Source of the DNA: a virus
IMG/VR virus record: IMGVR_UViG_3300025435_000016
Span: 12,416 to 76,415 of that record
Direction: 5' to 3' (one strand)
DNA: 64,000 nt
The notes below the pieces were generated by a model. The model was not told where the DNA came from and ran no database searches. It saw only the letters and a program-made list of their open reading frames with translations. Position 1 is the stretch's first letter. Each line of letters opens with the position of its first letter. This document shows positions 10,247-19,531 of the stretch, in pieces. Both the position numbers and the translations under genes were made by a program.

Positions 10247-10825
10247 TTATCGACGGCGCTTAGCTGAGATAAACTGTCCCTTCTTATTACGAAGACGCTT
10301 TACAGCTTTTTTAGACTTGGTAACCTTTTTCTTTGTCTTTACTACCGGCTTCTTAACAACCTTAGCGGGTACCTTCTTTGATTGCTTTACATTCTTTACT
10401 ACAGTCTCCTTCAGAGACTTTGCATTATGAATAGCAGTTTGAATCTTATACAACCAATCCTCATGATTACGATCGTAAAGTGCGCTCATTGCCTCATTTG
10501 TCAAGAACTCAATCCTCTTAAAGATATACTCCTTATGCCCGGCATGATGGCTGCCGCGAACGAGTTCTTGAATTGTAAGGAGAGCGTTCTCAACGTTATC
10601 CTCGCCACCCTTATTGTACGATGCTTTAACGAGAATATCAGGCTGATAGCTCATTCCATAAATCATCTTAGCTTTGTGGTTAATCTTCTTGAGAAGAGAA
10701 TTATTGTGAAGATTTAGTTTACTGAAAATAGGATGCGTTGAAGCGTTTACTACAAGAGGTGTAAGATTGTGGTAAATTGCCCGGGCTACCTTTGCTTCAA
10801 TTGTCGGTGTTGTCGTTGTGCTCAT
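10247..10825 (-). CDS. Hypothetical protein with Lys-rich H1-like C-terminal tail
   Basis: KKVPAKVVKKPVVKTKKKVTKSKK tail. Confidence 0.6.
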   Translation of the reverse strand: MSTTTTPTIEAKVARAIYHNLTPLVVNASTHPIFSKLNLHNNSLLKKINHKAKMIYGMSYQPDILVKASYNKGGEDNVENALLTIQELVRGSHHAGHKEYIFKRIEFLTNEAMSALYDRNHEDWLYKIQTAIHNAKSLKETVVKNVKQSKKVPAKVVKKPVVKTKKKVTKSKKAVKRLRNKKGQFISAKRRR

Positions 10826-10828
10826 ATT

Positions 10829-11263
10829 TCAATTGATACTAGTTGATCTATTAGGAGATGGCAACTGAATAATTTCAATATTATAAAATTTAAAGATATC
10901 TAAAGCGCTCATATCTTTTGTATAGTTGTCTCGATAAACGACTTTCTTAATGCCGTGAGCAATAATCTGACGTGCACAACATGAACAAGGTAACAAAGTA
11001 CATGCAATCATTCGACCTTCCCCGCGCTTAAACAAGGAAAGTAAATTCGTTTCAGCGTGTAAGATATACGGTCGTCTTCCATCTCGATCAGCCCAGAAGT
11101 AATCTGACATTGTTGTACCTGGCGCTAGTCCATTATACGCTACACCAAGTACTCTATTATTATAATCCAAAGCACATGCCCCTACTTGAACGTAAGGGTC
11201 TTCACTTCTCATTGCAGCTGCCTCTGCTAAGGCTAAAGCATATTGTTCCCAAGAAGGTCTCAT
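10829..11263 (-). CDS. dCMP deaminase
   Basis: RPSW...RSEDP..QVGA...YNG...HAE...PCSCC motifs. Confidence 0.9.
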   Translation of the reverse strand: MRPSWEQYALALAEAAAMRSEDPYVQVGACALDYNNRVLGVAYNGLAPGTTMSDYFWADRDGRRPYILHAETNLLSLFKRGEGRMIACTLLPCSCCARQIIAHGIKKVVYRDNYTKDMSALDIFKFYNIEIIQLPSPNRSTSIN

Positions 11264-11265
11264 AA

Positions 11266-11502
11266 TTAAAAATCGACGTGTAAAACAGAATATGTCTTAA
11301 TAAGCTTAGAAATAGGATCTTGAACTGTATATCCAGTTAAAAGTAATGAATGATCCTTTTTAATATCAAGATTATACTTCTGTTTCATGTCAGTATTTAT
11401 AATGTCTAATTTATCGTTAGTAACGTAGGAGATGGCGTTTGTGTCACCGGCAACCATACTGCAAATAGGTAAACTTAATGCAGCAATAAGCGCTTTATTC
11501 AT
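11266..11502 (-). CDS. Hypothetical protein
   Basis: Likely ATG at 11502, coupled to the upstream small ORF. Confidence 0.5.
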   Translation of the reverse strand: MNKALIAALSLPICSMVAGDTNAISYVTNDKLDIINTDMKQKYNLDIKKDHSLLLTGYTVQDPISKLIKTYSVLHVDF

Positions 11503-11503
11503 A

Positions 11504-11656
11504 TCACCGCTTATAATAGGCTTTCTTTTTATTAAATGCAAATTGATAAGGCCGACTATCAGGATCGTAGACCTTACATTCCTTCCGTCTTTGTTGGTAC
11601 CAAATATATTCTTCTTTTGAGAGAACTACCTTTTCTATTTTCTCTTCTCTATACAT
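11504..11656 (-). CDS. Small hypothetical protein (50 aa), not in the ORF track
   Basis: MYREEKIEK...AYYKR* fills the gap between neighbouring genes. Confidence 0.45.
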   Translation of the reverse strand: MYREEKIEKVVLSKEEYIWYQQRRKECKVYDPDSRPYQFAFNKKKAYYKR

Positions 11657-11658
11657 AC

Positions 11659-12027
11659 TTACAACCGAATGCTCTCTGGTTTTGTAGAACGGATATAAAC
11701 CTCTCCGTAAACTTCTAGAATACCCATAACAGCTTGGAATTCACGCTGGGACATCTTATCCCAATCCTTAAGCTTTTTATAGGTTTCATCAGCCATCATT
11801 TTATAATGCTTATCTCTATCTTCTTTATTAGCATACTTGATGGCGTCTTTATAAGGTCTCATCTTGGCTTTATAATGAATAGCTGTAAGAAGACTGTAAC
11901 CACCTTTCTTTCTAGTCATCTTTTCAATCTTAATAGCTCCGGCTAGACGCTTATTAAGGAACTCTAAAAATGATTCGGTTGTGTTCAATGCAGATTTAAC
12001 TGCTTCCATTAATGCTTCTAATCTCAT
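11659..12027 (-). CDS. Hypothetical late protein
   Basis: ATG 5 nt after TAAATA. Confidence 0.55.
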   Translation of the reverse strand: MRLEALMEAVKSALNTTESFLEFLNKRLAGAIKIEKMTRKKGGYSLLTAIHYKAKMRPYKDAIKYANKEDRDKHYKMMADETYKKLKDWDKMSQREFQAVMGILEVYGEVYIRSTKPESIRL

Positions 12028-12035
12028 AGAATTAT

Positions 12036-12737
12036 TTATTCGAATTTATTTTTTAAATTAAAATATACAGATTTGCAAAGACTAAAGAATTCTCTATCTG
12101 ATAAGTCCATCTTTGCCTGATTATACTGTTTTAACACCAATTGGATATTATCTTTGTGATAACCTAACTTGGAATCTATCCTATCGACCGATACTGTGCT
12201 TATCTTCGCATCGGCACATAAAAACAACGGCTGCCCTGATAAAGCACATTTTTTATCTTGTGCGTTGTATAACGTATAAATATCGTCTGGCGTAATGCTT
12301 ACTTCAAGATCTCTAAGCTTAGCATTATTAATAATATTTGTCCAAAGTCTCGCCGGTACGTATTGATGTATTAATTTTGGTTGATTTTTGCGTATACCTA
12401 GTTGACGAACTCGAAGATGTATAAACTGAACAGGCTTATTGAGAGCATCGGCGCAAATTTGCGCACCATGTTTAGAATAATGTTCTTTTATAAATTCATC
12501 ATCTGAAACTACATGTTGTATTCTCCATTTTTCGATGCGCTTAAGATGACCACACTGTCGACATCCCTTGCCTTTAAGGTGCCTATAAGCATTTTGTTTA
12601 AACTGACCGTGCTTGCTGCATATAGCTATAATATCTTTTGTATGACCGCTGTACTTACATAGAGAATAGTCGTATAGATTACCGTGAACCGTTATAGCGT
12701 CCTTTATGAACTGATCAGTATCATACCCAACTGTCAT
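12036..12737 (-). CDS. Free-standing HNH-type homing endonuclease
   Basis: N-terminal HG..YDYS...CSKHG.F...H..G.GCRQC zinc module; C-terminal CALSG...SVDRIDS..GY...NIQLV...N.AK. Confidence 0.8.
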   Translation of the reverse strand: MTVGYDTDQFIKDAITVHGNLYDYSLCKYSGHTKDIIAICSKHGQFKQNAYRHLKGKGCRQCGHLKRIEKWRIQHVVSDDEFIKEHYSKHGAQICADALNKPVQFIHLRVRQLGIRKNQPKLIHQYVPARLWTNIINNAKLRDLEVSITPDDIYTLYNAQDKKCALSGQPLFLCADAKISTVSVDRIDSKLGYHKDNIQLVLKQYNQAKMDLSDREFFSLCKSVYFNLKNKFE

Positions 12738-12744
12738 AAGTCAG

Positions 12745-14397
12745 CTATGCCTCGCAAGAGGTGCATGTAAGAATAGAGCGCGCAAGCAACTGACTAGGAT
12801 TAGCACTACGCTGATAATATAGGCTCTTTATACCTTGCTCCCACGCAAAGATAATAAGTTCATTAACATCTTTTGGTTTTGTTTCAGGGGGAATCATTAA
12901 GTTTAATGATTGACCTTGATCGATATATTTCTGCCGTGCTGCAGCTTGTATGACAATTTCTTTTTGCGAAATTTCACCAAATGTTTTAAATACATCCTTT
13001 TCTTCCTGCGTTAAAAAGTCTAAATGTTGAACCGATCCTCCATGTTTAAGAATTGATAACCAAGTATCATCGTCGTGTTTATTTTTTTCTTTAAGAAGCT
13101 TTTTAAGGTAAGGGTTTCTGTATGTAAATTTACCTTTTGCAAGATCTTTTGTATAGTACGTCGAATCGAGAGGTTCAATAGAAGGTGAGACTTGACCAAG
13201 AATAAATGATGAGGATGTAGTCGGTGCAACAGCTAGTGTCGTCGTATTTCTACGCTTATAACCTTTAAGAAGAGGTGGTTCGCCTAATAAAACCGCAAGC
13301 TGTTCAGTGGCATGGTCCGCTTTCTCTCTAATATGCTTCCAAATTTGACCATTAAGCATTTTAGCAGTCATGGTTTCAAATCCAATCATTTTCGATTGAA
13401 GAAGCGAATGCCATCCAAGTACTCCGACACCAAGTGCTCGATGATTAACAGCGAAATTACGAGCATGTTCCATAAATTTAACACCTTCTGTTTTGATAAT
13501 AAATTCTGTCATTACAGCATCTAGGAAATAAACCAGAGTTTCAACAGCATCAGTATCTTTCCATTCATCCCAATGTAATAAATTTAAAGACGATAAATCA
13601 CAAACAAACGATTCATCTTTTGATGAAGGTAGAAAAATTTCGCTACAAAGATTACTTGCATTAATCCTCATGTTCTTATCTTTATAGATCTGTGGTTTAT
13701 TATTGTTAGCATTATCAGTGAAAAATATATATGGATATCCAGTTTCAAAACGCTTTTGAATAACCCTACCCCAAAGCTTTCTCTTATCCTTATCACCGTC
13801 AATCATAGATTTCATCCAATCATCTGATACACACACGCCAATTGAAAGATTTTGAATTTCATCACCTTCGCCGCGAATTTTAAGAAATTCTTCAATATCT
13901 CCATGATCCACTGGGAGATAGGCTGCAAATGATCCGCGGCGCACGTTACCTTGTGAAATGTAGTTTGTCAATGATTCAAAAACAGTTAATTGATGATGCA
14001 CGCCTGTTGCCTCGCCTCCTGTAGAAATGCTAGCGCCCCGCGGCCGCACGTCGCCAAAATAACCTGAAGTACCGCCTCCTACCTTCGACATGACCCCTAC
14101 TTCAGCCATCTTATAGAGAATAGAATCCATATCATCTTCTATATGCGAATTAAAACATGATATCGGCATTCCACGCTTACGTCCGAAATTTGACCAAATC
14201 GGTGAACTTAAGCTGAACCATCCTCTCGAGACGTAGTCTTCAAACTTATCAGCAAACCCTTTAACACCTAGATACTTCTCAGCAATTTTAGCGATATCAC
14301 TAATACGCTGTTCGGCAGTCTCACCTTCTAAAAGATAGCCTCGCTCAAGAAACTTACGCGAATCTTTGTTAAGCCAATAATATTTTTCTGTTACCAT
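12745..14397 (-). CDS. nrdA: Class I ribonucleotide reductase alpha subunit (no ATP cone)
   Basis: ISCF, GGG, NLCSE, APTTSS, SLYY and C-terminal CTSC. Confidence 0.95.
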   Translation of the reverse strand: MVTEKYYWLNKDSRKFLERGYLLEGETAEQRISDIAKIAEKYLGVKGFADKFEDYVSRGWFSLSSPIWSNFGRKRGMPISCFNSHIEDDMDSILYKMAEVGVMSKVGGGTSGYFGDVRPRGASISTGGEATGVHHQLTVFESLTNYISQGNVRRGSFAAYLPVDHGDIEEFLKIRGEGDEIQNLSIGVCVSDDWMKSMIDGDKDKRKLWGRVIQKRFETGYPYIFFTDNANNNKPQIYKDKNMRINASNLCSEIFLPSSKDESFVCDLSSLNLLHWDEWKDTDAVETLVYFLDAVMTEFIIKTEGVKFMEHARNFAVNHRALGVGVLGWHSLLQSKMIGFETMTAKMLNGQIWKHIREKADHATEQLAVLLGEPPLLKGYKRRNTTTLAVAPTTSSSFILGQVSPSIEPLDSTYYTKDLAKGKFTYRNPYLKKLLKEKNKHDDDTWLSILKHGGSVQHLDFLTQEEKDVFKTFGEISQKEIVIQAAARQKYIDQGQSLNLMIPPETKPKDVNELIIFAWEQGIKSLYYQRSANPSQLLARSILTCTSCEA

Positions 14398-14433
14398 AAT
14401 TTTATTATAATTTATAAATTTGCAATTTCTAGC

Positions 14434-15405
14434 TTAGAATAGATCGTCTTCAGAAAAACTTTGCGACTTCTTTGAATAATTTACTGGTCTGGAATGAAAA
14501 AAATCTGTTAAGTTGTTGCCATGTAACTCCTCGTTGAACCAGTTCGAAGCTTTTAACAGCTCTTTATCAACTTCAAACGGCTTATGGAATCCAATCCCTT
14601 CCAACGACTCATTAATCCTGTTCTTAATAAACTCTTTAAGAAGAGGAGCATTGAGATTCTCTTCATTAATACCGTTTAACATCCAATCGACAATATTTGC
14701 TTCAGCTTTAAACGCTTCGTGAGCTTCATGGAGGATCTTATCTTCAAGCTCTTGATCAAATAGCTCTGGATACTCTTCTCTGATTGTATTAATGATCTTT
14801 GTACCAACAAGTCCGTGAATGTTTTCTTCATTACGAGTATACTTGACTTGCTGATCGGTATCCTTAAGAACGTTCTTAAAACGTGCAAACCAATTGATAA
14901 CGTAGAACTGACTAAAGAGTGATACATTCTCAATAAGAAGAGTAAAGAGAGCAATAGCATATAGATACTGCTTCTTTGAATCCTTGAAACAACGCTTTGT
15001 ATACTTCTTAAGATACTTTACACGCCCTTGTATCCAAGGCAGTTCTAAGTTCTTTTCAAAGATATCTTCAAGGCCAAGAACAGAAAGAAGGCGTTCGTAA
15101 GCGTTGTTATGAATAACTTCTGTGTTGGCCATAACATACCCGAGATCATAGATAGAGGGATGTGGTAGATTATCTCCTAAACGTGCCCAGAACGTTTTAA
15201 CAGACACTTCAATCTGACCGATAGCTGATAGAACTCTAATTACAGCCTCTCTTTCCTGATCGGTTAAGTTAACTTTAAATTGTTGAATATCGGACTTAAA
15301 GCTGAATTCCTTATCTGTCCAGAAGCCATTGTGCATTGCCTCCACGAATTCTTCTGTCCATTTGTAGTTATTAGGTTTACGGTATATTTGTTCGTCGAAA
15401 ATCAT
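14434..15405 (-). CDS. nrdB: Class I ribonucleotide reductase beta subunit
   Basis: EVIHNNAY, EENIH and DFF...VNY diiron/tyrosyl motifs. Confidence 0.95.
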   Translation of the reverse strand: MIFDEQIYRKPNNYKWTEEFVEAMHNGFWTDKEFSFKSDIQQFKVNLTDQEREAVIRVLSAIGQIEVSVKTFWARLGDNLPHPSIYDLGYVMANTEVIHNNAYERLLSVLGLEDIFEKNLELPWIQGRVKYLKKYTKRCFKDSKKQYLYAIALFTLLIENVSLFSQFYVINWFARFKNVLKDTDQQVKYTRNEENIHGLVGTKIINTIREEYPELFDQELEDKILHEAHEAFKAEANIVDWMLNGINEENLNAPLLKEFIKNRINESLEGIGFHKPFEVDKELLKASNWFNEELHGNNLTDFFHSRPVNYSKKSQSFSEDDLF

Positions 15406-15554
15406 GGTTGTAGTTGTTTTTATTTATCAGGTTCTCACAAGTCATCTCATAGGTAAAACGAAACTTTAATGTGAAAATCTAATACAATAATAGCCTAAAT
15501 ACCAGCTAAAGCAATAGATACTTTTATAAAGTAAAAATTACTATAACTAATTAA

Positions 15555-15809
15555 TTAAGAACAAGTACTACGCGAAAAATTCTTAACACAACTCCTAGCA
15601 CCTACTGGCTCATAATACATCTTGGTCTCAGAGAAAGACTTAGGAGACATGATCTGAATCTCGGCACCGGTTTTGTGTGAGAACACCATTCGTCCTAGTC
15701 TTGGCTTTACAACGTTATGCTTATGGGCACAGGATGAACAAAACAAAGTATTTGGAAGTACTTCAAGGCGTTCGAGTTCAATACTATTATTACAGGTTCT
15801 ACAATTCAT
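15555..15809 (-). CDS. DksA/TraR-type C4 zinc-finger protein
   Basis: CRTC..SI..ERLEVLP...FCSSCA; likely start is the ATG at 15809. Confidence 0.7.
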   Translation of the reverse strand: MNCRTCNNSIELERLEVLPNTLFCSSCAHKHNVVKPRLGRMVFSHKTGAEIQIMSPKSFSETKMYYEPVGARSCVKNFSRSTCS

Positions 15810-15847
15810 ACAAATGAGAATATACAGAAATAAGAGAATACGCAAGC

Positions 15848-16081
15848 TTAAATTTTAACTACCATCTGATCATCAGAATTCCAATTTTGAATATTATATT
15901 TCGGAAAATATCTTTGAACCTTCTTCTTTGGTTTATAGTCTTTAATACGATAGGGGTTTTCATCTGTATAGTGCCACCAATAATCCTTTAGATGTTTATT
16001 TACTTCAGACATTGTCTTATAAGGTGAGCAGAGAGAAGGGACCCAGGCTTTACCTGTCCATCGTTCAATAACAAATTTCAT
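15848..16081 (-). CDS. Hypothetical protein
   Basis: 77-aa ORF coupled to the upstream gene. Confidence 0.55.
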   Translation of the reverse strand: MKFVIERWTGKAWVPSLCSPYKTMSEVNKHLKDYWWHYTDENPYRIKDYKPKKKVQRYFPKYNIQNWNSDDQMVVKI

Positions 16082-16281
16082 TATTTCTTCTCCTTATCAA
16101 TAAAGCGACCAGGTCGTGAGAAAGAATAATATAACATTGCTGCAGCAAACCAGGTTTCAATATTAATACAAATATGTAAACTAAACAATGTATTAATAGC
16201 CCAGATTAGGGCAATAGGGCAGGTAATAAACAGAATTACAGCAAATGCAATAAGACCGAGTCCGGAGATAGTGTTAATCAT
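16081..16281 (-). CDS. Small membrane protein
   Basis: Hydrophobic, PIALIWAINTLF motif; likely ATG at 16281. Confidence 0.55.
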   Translation of the reverse strand: MINTISGLGLIAFAVILFITCPIALIWAINTLFSLHICINIETWFAAAMLYYSFSRPGRFIDKEKK

Positions 16282-16331
16282 ATATCTATAATAAAATATA
16301 AAAAAATAAAAAGCAAGCAAACATTCAAATA

Positions 16332-16405
16332 TGGTAGGAGTAGAGGGTAACGCTCCCTCTTCAATAGATTAAAAGTCTATTGCATCACTTTAATGCTTTA
16401 CTCCC
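16332..16405 (-). tRNA. tRNA-Lys(UUU) with non-canonical D- and T-loops
   Basis: Acceptor GGGAGTA/TACTCCT-ACCA; anticodon arm ATAGA-CTTTTAA-TCTAT; T-loop AGCGTTA. Confidence 0.85.
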
Positions 16406-16410
16406 AAAAG

Positions 16411-16486
16411 TGGTACACCCGGCTGGATTCAAACCAGCGACCAAGGGTTTAGAAAACCCCTGCTCTATTCCCTGAGCTACGGGTGC
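16411..16486 (-). tRNA. tRNA-Arg(UCU)
   Basis: Canonical cloverleaf; anticodon loop TTTCTAA; CCA encoded. Confidence 0.95.
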
Positions 16487-16492
16487 GTAAAT

Positions 16493-16672
16493 TTAATGAT
16501 GATGAAGTTCAGCGGTTGGTAGAGGTCGATAGGATCGGATAAAGTTCTTAATAGGGTCACTAAGAATTAATCCTATTGATAGGACTGTTAAGAATGCAAA
16601 AACATATCCATAGAAAATTTGCATCTTAAGAGTTTGACTAAGGGTTTGTTTTTGTTGTTGTTCGAGTTTCAT
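16493..16672 (-). CDS. Small single-TM membrane protein
   Basis: ATG at 16672, directly after tRNA-Leu. Confidence 0.45.
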   Translation of the reverse strand: MKLEQQQKQTLSQTLKMQIFYGYVFAFLTVLSIGLILSDPIKNFIRSYRPLPTAELHHH

Positions 16673-16678
16673 ATAAAA

Positions 16679-16754
16679 TGGTAGTGGCGGAGAGATTCGA
16701 ACTCTCACTTAACGAGGCTTAAACTCGTTGCCTCTGCCGTTGGGCTACGCCACC
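16679..16754 (-). tRNA. tRNA-Leu(UAA) with a short variable loop
   Basis: ACGAG-TTTAAGC-CTCGT anticodon arm; 76 nt; CCA encoded. Confidence 0.9.
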
Positions 16755-16761
16755 AAATTTG

Positions 16762-17085
16762 TTAATACCATTTTAGATGAACTGGCTTATTATGGCAATC
16801 AAGAAATTCACCTTGTTTAAACTCAATACACTTATAGGTACCTATCTCTTCTAGGAATAGTTTATCTCCAGATGTCATAGGATTAACATATCGATTACCG
16901 TATTTAGTAATAGGGGCATTATTACAAATATATCCTAGTTCACAAGCTGCTTTGAGAAGGGACTTATCCTTACCAGTTCTTGATACCTTCTTCTGAGCAC
17001 GTTCAATAACTCGATGCATCTTTTTGAAAGAGCGTTCAAGGTCTTTAGCTTTAGAATCTATATCTTTTAGGATGTATTGTTTCAT
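16762..17085 (-). CDS. Hypothetical protein
   Basis: 107-aa ORF between tRNAs. Confidence 0.55.
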   Translation of the reverse strand: MKQYILKDIDSKAKDLERSFKKMHRVIERAQKKVSRTGKDKSLLKAACELGYICNNAPITKYGNRYVNPMTSGDKLFLEEIGTYKCIEFKQGEFLDCHNKPVHLKWY

Positions 17086-17093
17086 TTAAAAAT

Positions 17094-17184
17094 AAGACCT
17101 GCCCGGATTCGAACCGAGATTTCTGGATTATCTATCCAACGGCTAAGGTATAAGCTTAGTGTTTTACCCTTAAACTACAGGTCC
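17094..17184 (-). tRNA. tRNA with UAU anticodon (nominal Ile) and a long variable arm
   Basis: GGACCTG/CAGGTCT acceptor; CTAAG-CTTATAC-CTTAG; V-arm TGGAT-AGATA-ATCCA; GGTTCGAATCC; no CCA. Confidence 0.8.
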
Positions 17185-17192
17185 GTAAAATA

Positions 17193-17363
17193 TTAAGGCA
17201 GTTGCTCCTCTTCTGGGTTTAGAAGCTCTTTAATCTCAGCGTTAATACGCTTAATCTCTTCATTAAATCCTTTAGCTGATGCTTTCTTGCGGATTTTCAT
17301 ATCCTCAAGTTCTGTACAAAGTTGAAATACTTGAGCTTCTCTAGATGGTTTTGAAGTGGTCAT
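17193..17363 (-). CDS. Small coiled-coil protein (56 aa), not in the ORF track
   Basis: MTTSKPSREAQVFQL...EEEQLP*. Confidence 0.55.
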   Translation of the reverse strand: MTTSKPSREAQVFQLCTELEDMKIRKKASAKGFNEEIKRINAEIKELLNPEEEQLP

Positions 17364-17494
17364 AATTTACCAGGACATTATATAAAGAATTTCACTAATA
17401 AGCAAGAAAATAAAAAATAAAACTGCAACCCAACTATTCCAGATATTTTGAAAAAAGATTCTAAGTGGGTTGAGCTTAATCATTAACAATAATA

Positions 17495-18325
17495 CTACGC
17501 CAACTCTTCGGATGAGTCAAGCTTCTTCTTATCAGCTGCTTGTAATCGTTGATAGTAGAAATAAAGCTTCTTTTTGAAGTCTTTATAATACTTGGAGAAT
17601 TGCGGGTTATCTTTATTACGAAATAGAGCCTTTAAAAACCGAACCTCGTTCTTTAGATAATTTGGAAGATCTTGATCTGAAACAATTTTCGGTGAACGGA
17701 TGAACTTATCTAAGAGGCGTAAGAAACCTGTACGTTGATTCTCCCAAAATTTTCTATTTGAGCCTTTCTTTAAATTCTGAAGAATAAGCATGTACTGACG
17801 ATCCATTTCATGGATAAGAGAGGCAAGCTGAACGGGGTACTCACTAGGTGAGAGAAAATACCCTCGTTCACTTCGTATTGTCTCTCTACCACTTGGAAGC
17901 GTTCTTTTATTAAGAGCTCTCCTATACTCAGGGGTTAGTGTCTTATAGTGTTGTTTAGCGTGAAGCAGTTCATGAACAATCTTATTACGCTTCATTAAGG
18001 TTGTAAGTTTATTGAAATGTTTATAGTAAAGCTCTATAACATTTTCCTTTCTTTCATAAGCAGCATCTGCAGCAAAATCTTCAAATGAAACATAAACAGG
18101 AACGTAATTCTCTTCCTTTGTCTCGTTATCAAAATACTTAATTGTATTAATAAGCATTCGGTTATCCTTAATGACATCGGAAAATCTTTTCATAGCATTA
18201 TAGACGCTTAGATTCTCTTGACCGAAATACCGCTCATACGCATTAAGCGCGCCCTCTACCTGCTTATTTTCCTGGGCATTAAGCTCATAAGCTTTTTCAA
18301 CTATAAAGGACTTAAAAGAAAGCAT
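17495..18325 (-). CDS. HExxH zincin-like protein
   Basis: VHELLHAKQH plus downstream YFLSPSE; MLSFKSFIVEK N-terminus. Confidence 0.6.
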   Translation of the reverse strand: MLSFKSFIVEKAYELNAQENKQVEGALNAYERYFGQENLSVYNAMKRFSDVIKDNRMLINTIKYFDNETKEENYVPVYVSFEDFAADAAYERKENVIELYYKHFNKLTTLMKRNKIVHELLHAKQHYKTLTPEYRRALNKRTLPSGRETIRSERGYFLSPSEYPVQLASLIHEMDRQYMLILQNLKKGSNRKFWENQRTGFLRLLDKFIRSPKIVSDQDLPNYLKNEVRFLKALFRNKDNPQFSKYYKDFKKKLYFYYQRLQAADKKKLDSSEELA

Positions 18326-18334
18326 CAATGATAC

Positions 18335-18517
18335 TTATCTATTCTGTTTAATCCTCTTATCTAGAGCTTTTGCTTTACGCTTTTTCTTATCTATCGGCGT
18401 TTCAAAATAACGCTTAGCTCTAACTGTCTCAAGAACATAATCAACGTCCATTTTATTTTTTAAACGTTTTAGGGTACGGTCAATATCTTCCCCGCTTCTA
18501 GGTGTCACCGAATGCAT
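18335..18517 (-). CDS. rpsU: Ribosomal protein bS21
   Basis: GEDIDRTLKRLK.K......LETVRAKRYFETP..KKKRK fits the bS21 pattern. Confidence 0.85.
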   Translation of the reverse strand: MHSVTPRSGEDIDRTLKRLKNKMDVDYVLETVRAKRYFETPIDKKKRKAKALDKRIKQNR

Positions 18518-18522
18518 AAAAA

Positions 18523-18996
18523 TTAATCACCAAAATATCTATTTCGACTACCAGGTCCGTGGTAGTAGTCGTGCATCGTATCAGCGTGGCTCTTCTCTTT
18601 CTCTACTTCTTTCATATCAGCTGGCTGAACATCTTTAATAGCAATTTCTTTTCTTAACTCTTCAGGAGTACTACCAAATCCTGAATGATTTATCTTGTTC
18701 CAGAACTCATCTTCAGAGTGAGCAAAGATGTGACGTATATCAGGGCGTCCACTAGAGTGAGACTTATACTCCCAGCTTATGGCTTTCTTAGTCTTAGGAT
18801 CAAACTTATAATTAGTCGTATAGAGGATCTCGTAAGTATACTTCTTTAAGCTTTTTTCTTGATTAGCGTCATTTTGAGCTGTTTCTTTATCTTCGTGATC
18901 AAGAGCTCCAGCACGAAGGTCATCTGAGTTAAAATCTTTATCTGATTCGTGATAAATTCTTGTATACGCTTCGGCAATAAGTTGTTCGTCGTTCAT
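18523..18996 (-). CDS. Hypothetical late protein
   Basis: MNDEQLIAEAY N-terminus; TAAATA upstream. Confidence 0.55.
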   Translation of the reverse strand: MNDEQLIAEAYTRIYHESDKDFNSDDLRAGALDHEDKETAQNDANQEKSLKKYTYEILYTTNYKFDPKTKKAISWEYKSHSSGRPDIRHIFAHSEDEFWNKINHSGFGSTPEELRKEIAIKDVQPADMKEVEKEKSHADTMHDYYHGPGSRNRYFGD

Positions 18997-19011
18997 ATGT
19001 CGAATTATTTA

Positions 19012-19338
19012 TTAAAAATCATCGTTGTTTTCTATAATAGCAGTCTCTGCTTTAAGTTTTTCAAGATAAGCTACAATTTCTTGGGTTACAAGCTCTTTTG
19101 CTTCTTCTTCCATCCATCCATAATGACAAATAGCTTCATTACTCTTTCGTTCTTCAATAAGATAACAGAGTTCACTAAGCTCAGAGAAAATAGCTTTGAC
19201 TCTCTGATTATGTCCACGAACAAAATCAGCACGAGATAGCTCATGATTAATGATTCTATTCTGTACATACCAGTTATAGATATGCTTATTGAATTCCTCT
19301 GTTAGTTCGATTTCCTCTAATGTATATTCTTCACTCAT
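19012..19338 (-). CDS. Hypothetical protein
   Basis: Likely ATG at 19338, overlapping the stop of the upstream gene. Confidence 0.5.
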   Translation of the reverse strand: MSEEYTLEEIELTEEFNKHIYNWYVQNRIINHELSRADFVRGHNQRVKAIFSELSELCYLIEERKSNEAICHYGWMEEEAKELVTQEIVAYLEKLKAETAIIENNDDF

Positions 19339-19531
19339 TTTCTGGTAATTTCCATACAATATATCCCGCTCTCTCGTCGTAGTCAAGCGAAAGGGACATA
19401 AACTTTTGATACAATGACCAACAGGGACCTGAGATAAGTTTACGGGTAATTTCATTCCAATCCGTCCAGCAAATTACCTTCCAGGTAAAATCACCTAGAT
19501 GGTAAAAAAGTATAGCTAAGAACTCGTTCAT
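19331..19531 (-). CDS. Hypothetical protein
   Basis: ATGA-coupled to the deaminase gene. Confidence 0.5.
   Translation of the reverse strand: MNEFLAILFYHLGDFTWKVICWTDWNEITRKLISGPCWSLYQKFMSLSLDYDERAGYIVWKLPENE

Noticed and set aside
12740-12748. GTCAGCTAT shared with 26609-26617 near both HNH genes
   Set aside because: Only 9 nt and in opposite orientation relative to the two genes; compatible with chance.
12745-15405. Intron or intein in nrdA/nrdB
   Set aside because: Both ORFs are contiguous with all motifs at normal spacing; the adjacent HNH is free-standing.
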